The position numbers and the translations under genes are program-made. This document shows positions 11,773 through 22,450 of a stretch of 64,000 nucleotides of DNA, in pieces. Origin of the DNA: Camelus ferus (taxonomy: Eukaryota); the NCBI RefSeq assembly GCF_009834535.1, contig NC_045696.1:22632001-22696000 (forward strand), in the 5' to 3' direction. Every line of letters begins with the position of its first letter. Position 1 is the stretch's first letter. Under the pieces are notes generated by a model. The model was not told the origin of the DNA and searched no databases. It saw only the letters and a program-made list of their open reading frames with translations.

Positions 11773-12959
11773 CTAGCACAGTCCTATAGATGCAGAAAAT
11801 ATTAATTTGGTGATTTAATGGAACTTACATTTTTACTTGGATTCCTTGTAATTCCTTGTTTTCTTATTCTTTTATGTCTGCAGCAGTTTCTTGTTATGAA
11901 CTCAACATTCTGTTGATCTATTTAGGATAATCATTGGATTTTAAATACAACCATTTTCTCATCTTGAATTACTGCTTTTTTAATTTAAAGGTCAATTTGA
12001 TTTGTTATTCTTTCATCTCTTCCTTGCTGCTGAATCCCTTTAAATGTTTAGTAATCCTGCTCTGACTGTTTAATAATCATGCCTGAAGGACTATCTTGAT
12101 CAGTATAGGTAGCTGCATTCCTTCTTTTCTTTTTCCTTTGGCCACTGTGTGATTCTGTTTTCCTATGATGCCCTTCCTGTAGAGTATATTGACAAGGACC
12201 TGACACCTCTTACATGAACTCCAATAATTCATTATTGCATCATTTACCAAGATATTTGAAGATAATCAAGTTCCAAGGGAAAGAAGATACATTCAATGTT
12301 AGGCTTATTAAATTTGACTAAGCAGTGCATTATATTGTTAAAGAACTTATTAATCATTAATTAATCAACTGGAAATTCATCTGGAGCTTGGGTGAGTGGT
12401 TGCAGCTAGAGATACAGATATCGAAATTCCTTGTTTATAACCAGTAAATAAACTTGGGAGAAATTCATTGGTATTCCATCCTAGTTATTAATGCTAGTGT
12501 TTACATAGTCAGGATCTTAGCTACCTATTGGCTTTTGATATACAAATAAAAAATAGCCTGGAAACAGATGTGCAGTTATATTTTCTGTCTGTAGATATGT
12601 TTTTGAAATCATGATTAGGAAACAATGAATCAAGGTCACATTGTTGCATCATTATGTGTGTTTCTGAAACATTTCTGTTTGGTCAAACACTAAAATGAAT
12701 AAATTGATGTCCTTGGTTAACAAAGCAGTAACTTCAAACAATTTTTAGAAATATCAAAATAGAACAACTATGCCATATAGATATATCAAATATATATACT
12801 TCCCAGAAGCTTTTATTACTCTTAATAATTTTTTACTTTCTTGCCCCAAAATTATTATTTTTGAATGAATACTTCTATGCTTACAGAGCATCATAGTGGA
12901 AAAGGCAGCTTACTATCTAGCAAAATGAATGCACCCTTTCAGGAGATAGAATGATGGCT

Positions 12960-13280
12960 GTTCCTAGCCTGGAACTGTATTTCTGTGTCCCCTTTCCATC
13001 TGAGTATAACCTTGTGAGTGGAAGTCATGTGTTCAATTTCCAGGTAAGACTTTTAAGAGGCAAGAATGCTTCTCTTTCATGTCCTAGGGCCAGGTAATGA
13101 TACTGAAGTCCTGAGGGCACAGCAGAGTCACAATATGAAAGTAGTCTGAGTCCCTAACTTTTTGCAGCATTAAGAAGAGTCTCCACTAGCCAGGAGCACA
13201 CACCGATGACTGAGAAATAAACTCCAATTGTCTTCAGCTGCTAAAATTTGGAGTCCATTGACTACTTTAGTCTAGTTTAC
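12960..13280 (+). mobile_element. Old MaLR LTR (MLT1I/J/K-like)
   Basis: gtgagtggaagtcatgtgt...ctgagtccct...tgagaaataaactcc...ctgctaaaatttggag. Confidence 0.55.
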
Positions 13281-13608
13281 ATAAATCATGTAATATTTCT
13301 ATTTGATGCATTTCTCTTTCACTAGTGGTACCACATCTTAAGTAGTTACGACTTAGAAACACTGTCATTAGAGATGGAAAAAAACAGTTGTCTAATCTTT
13401 TAAAAAATACTAAAGGAATTAATTTTGTATATTGAATCACTAATTATAAAATAAATATAGCACATATTTTCAGAGTATTATTTTTTGCCAATAGTTTGAT
13501 CTGTGTTGATAAATTTCTGAGTATTATAAATTTCTTCTCCTGAAAAGTAATTTGTAAAGGGGAAAAATAGGTTGTAATAAATTTGGCAAGTAAATACGAT
13601 ACAAAGAC

Positions 13609-13891
13609 TGCTATGGACTGAATTGTGTCTCCCCAAACTCATATGCTGAACTCCTCATGATGGGATTAGGCCAGTGTAAAGGAGGAAGGGACACTAGAGC
13701 TGTCACTGCCATGTAGGGGCACAGGAAGGAGGTGACCACTCACAATGCAGGAAGAGGGCCCTCACCAGAAGTGGAATCTGCTGGCTTCTGATCTTAGACT
13801 TCCCAGCCTCCAGAACCGTGAGAAATCCATGTCTTGTTTCAGTGACCCTGTCTATAGAATTTTGTTATAGCAGCCTGAGTAGACTAAGTCA
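13609..13891 (+). mobile_element. MaLR solo LTR (MLT1A-like)
   Basis: Starts tgctatggactgaattgtgtctcccc; contains gacttcccagcctccagaaccgtgagaaat; ends gttatagcagcctgagtagactaagtca. Confidence 0.85.
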
Positions 13892-16800
13892 TAGATGTAA
13901 CATTTATTCTTTTTCTTTTGTTTAATTTTTCTAAAATCTTGGTCAGGTTATTGTAAGTATTTCTTGCTAACAATTTATTCTGAAGTGAAGTGGAAGAAAA
14001 CTAAGCTATAAAAAGAGCTTATAATATAATTGTGAAAATTGTTATAGGTCTTACATAGAGCAAAACCTTTTTAGGTTCCAGTGGGGGAAAAAAAGTGTAT
14101 GTGTGCATATGTGCTTATTCACAGACAGGAAATTAAAACAGTTATAACAGGTGGGTTGTAGTAGTAGGAAAGAAATGAAAGAACCCTACTTAGAAATTAT
14201 GCTCTGAATTCATCACTTATCATATCTTTTATTCTCCTCCCGTCTTTGGGTATAAACAAAGTTGTAAAATACCGCTCTAAAGCAGTGGTTTTCTTGTGTA
14301 TCCTCAATTATGCAAAAATTATTATGATAGAAACAAAGTCTACTCTTTCCATGTGTGATAGTTATATTCTTTTGCATCTGTTGTTGTCAATTAAAACCCT
14401 GGCCCTAACGGAGAGTCATGGTAGCCAATTCTACAAACAGAGGCCTCAGATGTTGTACCAATACCGATACAGGAAACTTCCGAAACAAGAAAGTTGGAGA
14501 GAACTGAAGACACCAGGCCAAGTTAGAAGGTTATTTTGTGCAATTATTTACTGAATATGTTCACACTTCGAAAGAAGAAGTAAAATTATTTGTTAAAGTA
14601 GCTAACTTTGGTAACCAGAAATAGTTAGCCTTTCCGTCTCCTGTCTCATGATTTAGGTTCGAAAGACGGAGTAAGGATGGGGAGAGGGAAAAGACAGATT
14701 GCCAGGAGCATAATATTTCTCAAAATCATTTTTAACTGAATATGTAGTAAATCTAATTTTCAGCGTGATGGATTTGCAGTTCATGACACATCTAGATGGA
14801 GTTTTTAGCTGTCTGGTTTCAAACTGTCAGTTGAGCATTTGAATAATATGTCTGGAAATTAAATGGAGAAAATTCCAGCCATGTAACAGCCATTATTTTT
14901 TATTAAATTTTACTTTAGCGTGGTGTGGCGTAACTTCTGCATATGTATTTTTTGTTCCCCCTAAGCGCATACTCTGCACTGCCAGGGCTAATTGATGATT
15001 GAATCTGAGGATATGAGTTTTATTGGTTCTATGATGCAGATGCCCTCTGTAATGCCTCCAGCTCATCAGCAAATTCTAAAATAATAGTACTGTCTACTGC
15101 TACTAAACCAGGCCTTTGAGATGAATTTTTTTTCCCCCTCAGAACTGGATATGAGACAGTTTTTTTCTTTTTTTCATCTTTTTCTTATTTCTCAGAACTC
15201 TTTCAAGGTAGCTGATATATGTAGATTTATTGACAAAGAGAAGAAAGAGATGGTACAGAGATTTCCTTAAATTATGACTTTTAAATTTTATTTTTATCCC
15301 CAAATTTCCTGAGGATAAGATTATCTTTTTCTCATGGGAAAGTGTGACAGTTGTCAATTTATTGTTTTTGTATTATTTCAAGACTACCTCAAAGGTCACA
15401 TAAGAAAATACAATCCTGGTCTGGTTTATCACCACTTTCTAAACAAATGCTCATACTTCTTTCTCCAGGTACTATACTAACAACTCTGGGGGTAATAAGT
15501 AGTCATCTCATAATCACTCTATTTAATAGGTGAAAAAATATTCCAGTAATTGTTCTATTAAGCTTTTATCCTTTTTTCCTAGAATTACTTGGCAGGATAT
15601 TATGTCTCTCTCAGTGAATGTATGTTATATCAACATGACTGATGGCAAACAACTCAGTGTTTTGTTATCTGTTTTCCCCAGAGTCTCTGGCAGTTTATCT
15701 TGAATTACATTTGTGAGCTTCAAGATGTACAGATGCCAAGAACATGCCTGATATTATTCATATATATTTTTTAATTTCAGAAAAATTGAAATGAGGCTAA
15801 TGTGTGGAAAGCATTAGTGAGGAGATGCCCTTAAAAATATCATGGTAGTTAAGAAGAAGAAGAGCCACTGGAGGGTAGAATTGCAAAAATAATTGTTTTT
15901 AATCCAATGAGTTGATTAGAAGAGACAATAATTTATATGTTTGATATTTTTACAGGGGACTATGTTAATATTGCTTTTTAAAATTATTTAAAAATTAATG
16001 CAACGTGAACAATTATACTCAAGTGAGACAGTTATCCTTTTGGAAATGTTATTTTTCAATACCAGGGGGTGGGGAAAAGTGAAATATATCTTGTTAGGTC
16101 ATCAGATTTCTAGACAGTTTTTTTTTTTATCTTCAATAATGGTCAATTTAATCCTAAAATACAAATGCATATGATAGAGCTTTTGTTTTTAAACATAATA
16201 GCATTATTCTTACAGTGCTATACAATTTAGTTTTACCTGTGTTCAGGGTACATGGCAACAGAATTAGTGTTAAGATATTCACTCTGCTTAGATATATCTT
16301 CTGCCTTTAACTTCTTTGTATTAGTATGGAACAAATGTGCGTTATGTTCTGTTACAGTTTGAACATAAGCAGTGAGACAGAGCTATATATTTCTGTAGTG
16401 GTGGTATCTTCATCTAGTCACTGCAATTCAGGATGAGCAGCTCAGCTCTGTGATTTTAGAAATGTGAAAGTTAATATGGGTAGAAATTAGAGGGCTCTGG
16501 GACTTAACTGGCTAAAGTCATAATAAATAAATACATAGCACTTAATGCTAGTTTTAAAATTTATAATAAAAGCCAATCACACCAGAGATCAGAGCTCACT
16601 AATCAGAATACTCACTTTAAAGGTAAATCACATGATGAAAATCACATAAGGTAATTAAAAAGTTGGTGGTAAGAACAGAATCGGAGGAAGGTGAGTTGGT
16701 CAGATGATTGAATGGCTAGCATTGCAGAGCTATGAACGTCTAGTGGATTCGTACCACCTTTACAGTCATAGTGGCCACTGGCTTCAGACAATTTCTTTCA

Positions 16801-17454
16801 TGGCCCAGGACCTTCTTTCCTTTGAAGAGTGATAGATAGATTGACACTTCCTCCTTTGTTGGCATTCTAGTTTTTGTAATTATAATCATTGGCACCCCCT
16901 TTTGATGAATAGTTATTTCTTTAGTTATGACAAAATCTACCATTGAGTTCTTGTATAGCCTCAGTCTAAGGACCATCTGGTTATTTAGTATGGTTTGGCA
17001 TAACTCTTCTCTGATCCTCATAGACATAAGCTATCTTGTATACTTCATTCTAAATTCTTAGGAAGACACTTTATTATTGTGTACATTATAATACATAGCT
17101 TCATATGGTTTCTTTCATGAGTTACTCTACAGTCTTTCATGAGTATGTTCTCCTAAAACACAGTTTAAGTTCATATATCCTTTCATGGTTTAGCTTACAT
17201 TATTCTCCATTGATGCAACTCCCATACTCACTAATAGTCAGTGACTTCCTGTTACTTATAGCAGGAATAACATACCACCTCACACTGCTCTTTTATCAAG
17301 ACTCTCTTACGAAGGCTGAATGTGGTCTTATAATCCCTGTCAATGTATTTTATCAGAGTTGGCATTAGAGATGAAATCAATTCACCATCTCTCTGGTCTG
17401 TGGGATAAAGTCTTAGTTTTTTACCTGACAGCAACACAGTTCACATTATGCTCC

Positions 17455-18080
17455 TAATCTGACTTTACCATTAAGTATGATGTTAGCTGTAGATTTTTCA
17501 TAGATGCCTTTTATCAGTTTGAGTAAGTGCCCTTCCACCCCTAGTATGGATATTTTTTTATCAGGAATGAATGTTATATAAATTTATCGAATGCTTATGT
17601 TGATTCCACTTGCTAAAATTTTGTTTAGATTATTTGTATCTATGTTTATGAAGGATATATTCTGTTGATTAAAAAAAATTGTGTAATGTCATTGTCTAGT
17701 TTTGGTATCAGAGTAACCTTGACCTTACAGGATAAGCTCAGGAGTATTTCATCCTCTTCAGTTTTTTAGGAAAGTTTGTGAGAATGTGTGTTATTTCCTT
17801 TTTAATTACGGGACAGAATTCACCAGTAAAGACATCATGAACTGGGTTTTTCTTTGGAGAAGAGTGTTAAATAATAAGTCCCTTATATTTAATATATAGG
17901 GCTATCCAGGTTATCTATTTCTTCTTGAGAGAGTTTTGGCATTTTGTGCCTTTTAAGGAACTTGTCTATTTCATCCAAATTGTTGAGTTTATGGACATTA
18001 AATTTTTAAAATATTCTTTTATTAATTTTTTAAATGTGTGGAGTATGCTATAATATCACCTCTTTCATTCCTTATCTTGC
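17455..18080 (-). mobile_element. LINE-1 ORF2 fragment (old)
   Basis: ccattaagtatgatgttagctgtag; tttggtatcagagtaa; agaattcaccagtaaa; ggaacttgtctatttcatc. Confidence 0.8.
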
Positions 18081-18117
18081 CATACTAAATAGAACTTCAA
18101 AAGAATAAAAAAAATTG

Positions 18118-18272
18118 GTTGTCACATTGTTTTGCGTATGGTTTCCTTTGCTGTGCAAAAGCTTATAAGTTTAATTAGTTCCCATTTGTTAATTTTTGCT
18201 TCTATTTGTATTGCCTGGGTACACTGCCCCAGGAGAACATTGCTAAGATTTATGTCAGAGAATGTTTTGCCT
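18118..18272 (-). mobile_element. Short lineage-specific LINE-1 ORF2 fragment
   Basis: ORF 18122..18310 reads IGKTFSDINLSNVLLGQCTQAIQIEAKINKWELIKLISFCTAKETI, which is L1 ORF2. Confidence 0.85.
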
Positions 18273-18321
18273 ATTAAACCACAGATTTTCAGTGGGAGAA
18301 CTTCAGACATAACAACTGGCT

Positions 18322-18349
18322 CTGTGTGTGTGTGTGTAGGGGGTGTGTA

Positions 18350-18380
<31 letters not shown>
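18322..18380. repeat. Interrupted (TG)n microsatellite
   Basis: Direct inspection. Confidence 0.95.
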
Positions 18381-20379
18381 TGGGGGATTATATGTTTATA
18401 TAGAGTATCTACTCAGTAACTTTCAAATCATAAAAATATCCCTGATTACTTGTAAGTGTGGATGACCACATAGGAGCATGTTAAGTACTCCAGAGTTATA
18501 GAGGATAATCTCAATGAATAGCCAGGAAAGAAAGAAAGAAAGAAGACTCTTCTGAAACAAAGAAATGACTTAAAGAGGTCACCCCCAAAGAGTGAAAAGT
18601 TAGAGAAAATGTTATTTTAAATCTCTGAGAAAGGAACTAGCATCAAAAAACAGGAAACCCATCAAGCCTCAACTTGTTTTCAGAAAGCCCCTAATTAAAG
18701 CATAAAGGTGAAATCGGGCAGGTACAAAACAAAATCTCATTTTAACGACTAACAGCCCCATAGCTTTTGTTTGGGGGCAACTTTAACATGGGTTCCTCCA
18801 CTGTTTCATATTCTAAAATCTTTCTCTCTAAGATAACAAGACAGGAATCAATAGATTTATTTTAAACCTTACATCAAAAGCAAGGTCAAGCAAGGTCTTA
18901 CGTCTCCAATAAAGTGATTGTTTCAAGCTGAACTTGTGTATTAGTGCTGAGGCATGAACAAACACGGCATTTCAACACCGGAGCAGGAGGGGTCACAACA
19001 ATTCCATGCTGAGATTTCTAATGCTAAGTGAACAGAACTGATCTTTTTCAAATTAAAAATGTGGTTGCTAATTTTTGCTTTCAAGGTACAGAAGGTCTCA
19101 CACACACACACAATCACAAGATTTACTGCTTAATATCCTCTTAACCACTGAAAGCGATTCTGTTTATGTTAGGAAAAAGAAGCCAAGTAGAAAGGCCATT
19201 ATGTTGTGTCTGCAGCTCTCACTCCTAATATGTGAGTCTCATTTATAAGGAGAGGAAAAAATCAATAATCCTTTTAAGTTGCCTTGGATTCCAAGTGGAA
19301 AATGCTTTAACCCACTGCACTGTGATGACTTAGAGTCACTGTGAGATATTATGCAATGTTGTTTAACCAAGGAACCCAGCTCACTTCAATAGCTTTTAAT
19401 TGCATGGTTGAGTCTGTCTTGGCTGGCGAAGAAAATGAATGCTGTCACTGTTTCCTGAAAGTTTAACTCTTTTACTCATCAATTGTTTTTTTAATCACCT
19501 TCTTAAAGGTTAATTTTGCTTTCATAAAAGCTACCTGGAAGACTGAAGTTTCAGAAACACAGTTCCAGAAGCCCAGAGATGAAAACCTTCAAGCTGTTAA
19601 TTTAAATATGTTCAACTAATATTTACAAAGCACCAACTGCGTATAAGGTCTTACATACTAGGCGGAGCAGTGGACGAGCAATGAGTGAGATGGCTTCTAT
19701 TTTCATGAAGCTTTAATTAACCAGGGAATGAGCTGAAAATCCAAATTTGAAGTTCTGTATAAATGCCATATGAGGAGAGGAAAAAACTTTGTCCAAATTT
19801 CAAAGGTTCAAAAGAGCTCTGTCTCACTCACATCAAGGTAAAGGGAAGACAAAGGTTTCTGAGCCTTTGAAGAATGGATGGAAATTTGAAGTGAAGAGGC
19901 AGGGGGATTGCCATGTTGGGGCAAGTGAATTGATAAGGAAAAGTGAAGGCAAGATAAAGACCAGAACTTTCCCAAGCTGGGGCCGAGGCAACAGAAGCGG
20001 ATGAATTTAGAAAGTAGGTGGAGTTCATTTGTGAAGGGTTCTAAATGTGGTGCTTCCCTGAGAAAATTAGTAACGTGATCCAGGCAAAAAGCCAGAAAGA
20101 TGGTTGGTGGTAGAGGAAAATTACTCTGGTTAGTAGATAATGAGAAGACAGAACAAGGCAAGTAAAGACACAAACTGTATTAGGTTAGACATCAGATGCT
20201 TTGGAAGTATAATTTAACAATATCATATATTGAATGATTAAAGATGTAACTAGTTTCCTGGAGAAAGTTCCTAATTTATGCCCCCAAAGCATAGACTCTA
20301 ATGCCATTTTTCTTCCATGAAATGTGTGTGCTTAGAGAGAATAAATACATAAATAACTAAATAACTAACTTAATTAATT

Positions 20380-20760
20380 AATTAAATGCCAATTATATGC
20401 CAGAGACTATTCTGGACACTCTATAAGTATCTCTAATATCCACAGCGATTCTTTAGATAGACAACAATAACTTCATTCTACAGATTAGAAACTAAAGCAC
20501 AGAGAGTGTAGGTAACTTGCCAAATGTCAGAAAACTGATAAATTGCGTAGTTGAGATTTGAGTCAAATATTTCTGACTCAAGCCTTGCTCCTCCAGCTCT
20601 ATGTTTGACTCAGTTCCTGCCCTGCCTTTGCTCTACAGTTTTTTGCACATTACTCAATATCTTAGTTTCCTTACCAGTAAATTGGGATAATAACTTCAAA
20701 CTTGCTGGTTATCAAAATTGAATTAAAATGTCTGTGTCACAGTGCTCCATAAACTTACTC
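20380..20760. mobile_element. Two MIR SINE fragments in opposite orientation
   Basis: cattctacagattagaaactaaagcacagagag...aacttgcc, followed by cttagtttccttaccagtaaattgggataataa. Confidence 0.65.
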
Positions 20761-20880
20761 TTTAAAGAAAGCTGAAATTAAGGAGATTATAAAAGAGTCT
20801 ATAAAACTTGTTTATATGATGATACTTCCTTGTCTCCAAGTAAATGTTACTATTTAACTGATTTTTAAAAAAAGAACTTT

Positions 20881-20970
20881 TTTTTTTAACATTTTTATTG
20901 ATTTATAATCATTTTACAATGTTGTGTCAAATTCCAGTGTTCAGCACAATTTTTCAGTTATTCATGGACA
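20881..20970 (-). mobile_element. Very short, young LINE-1 3' end with long TSD
   Basis: Poly(T) then aacatttttattgatttataatcattttacaatgttgtgtcaaattccagtg; TSD ttaaaaaaagaacttt at 20865-20880 and 20971-20986. Confidence 0.85.
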
Positions 20971-21339
20971 TTAAAAAAAGAACTTTTAGTCCTTATAGCC
21001 TCTCCATAATTTATCTCTAGTTCATATTATTTTATTAGCCAAGCTTTTTTTTAATAATTCCTCCATCTCATACTGTGTTGCATATCACACAATATTCCTA
21101 CAAAATATCCAGCTATGAACATGTGAATGTTCTGAGCATGTGTAGTATAAACACAAAGTGCTTCATTAATATATTGTATGTAACTTACTTTAATCTCCCT
21201 TGGTGAAAGATTAGGTGACACTGAATTGATTTTCCTTTCCGTTTATTTGGTTTCCATATGCTTTCACAAATAGTATAGAAGAAGTTGGTAAGGGTGAGCG
21301 TTTCCAGGTGGTTCTGGTAGCAAATTAGATGCACACTGT

Positions 21340-21665
21340 GGAACAATGTATTAAATGTATACATATCAACAAAGATATATTTTTTAAATGTGTTCATAAA
21401 AGTAAATAATAAGATATACAACAAAATATAACTGATATAAATTTTAAAAGTATGTGTGTACCAAAAGTATGCATTTTGAGAGAACACCTACACACAAAAT
21501 TATGTTAAGCCCATGAGACTGTTTGCCTATAATAGGAGACGGAAGGGCATGGGCTATGAGAATATAATGCAATAAGTAAAGCAAGTGTGGGTTTGCGTGG
21601 GCTGGTGCTGATAACATAGCATGAAATGAGGACTGTGACTAGTCAACTCTGCATCAGAAGTCCTT
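21340..21665 (+). mobile_element. Old L1/HAL1-type 3' end fragment
   Basis: ctgataacatagcatgaaatgaggactgtgactagtcaactctgcatcagaagtcc resembles recalled HAL1/L1ME 3' termini. Confidence 0.4.
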
Positions 21666-22169
21666 TCAAAACTAGTAAAGAATGGACTTCTGATGAACTT
21701 TCAAAGAGGAGACAATCCAAGCTGGAGTCAGTAAAGTTATCCTATGTTAAAAGGTAAAAAAATATTTAGAAAGGTAGTGTTTGATGATACAGGGAAAAGC
21801 AAGAAATAGCAGCATGACAGAGGGTTAAGGATGTAAAGCTATTTCTTGGCAGTCTCCACTGAACCTTATAATTTTTTGAATTCTCTGCTTCTTAAGGTTG
21901 ACTCTACCCCTTGGAGACAGCAGGGTTCAGGAAGAAAACAGAGATCTTTGGAATCAAGGATTGTTGCATTTAAACAATCGCCATCGCTTATAGTTGTGAA
22001 GACCAAAGCATGGTAGTCAATCTTTTTAAATGTGAGTATCTTCATATGTAAAATAGCCACTTTACTATATTGATGTGAGAAACATGAGTAAAAGACTTAA
22101 GCATAGATCTAGGCTCATAATGACCACACTATCATTAGTGGTTCCTAAATGCTCTTTCTCTGAAGATGT

Positions 22170-22450
22170 CACTCATGCATTCATTCAACTAACATTGTTT
22201 GAGAGACTACTATGGTTTATGCACTGAAAATACAAAAATGGAAAAGACATACCCATGCTTTCAAAATGATAGTAGTCTAGTGGCGAAAACAGAGTTAAAT
22301 CAAAAACTATACTGTAGCTTGAGAAATGTGATGGTGAATATATTGGGTGGTAGAGGGACAACGTGAATCAGACAACATGTTTTTGGAAGAAAAGATAACT
22401 TGAATATGATCATGTAGATTTGGTAAGAGATAGGGTGCAAAGTTCTGGAA
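22170..22450 (-). mobile_element. L2 3' end
   Basis: cattcattcaactaacattgtttgagagactactatgg...tagtctagtgg, the antisense L2 tail. Confidence 0.7.

Noticed and set aside
13030..13050. ttcaatttcCAG|GTAAGA dual splice-like motif
   Set aside because: Lies inside an MLT1 LTR and has a weak pyrimidine tract.
15660..15720. Acceptor gttttccccag and donor-like TTT|gtgagc around 31 nt
   Set aside because: Poor exonic donor context, not frame-preserving, peptide not recognised.
19789..20173. Three overlapping ORFs including a 121-aa minus-strand frame
   Set aside because: Purine-rich L2-like remnant sequence; translations have no recognisable features.
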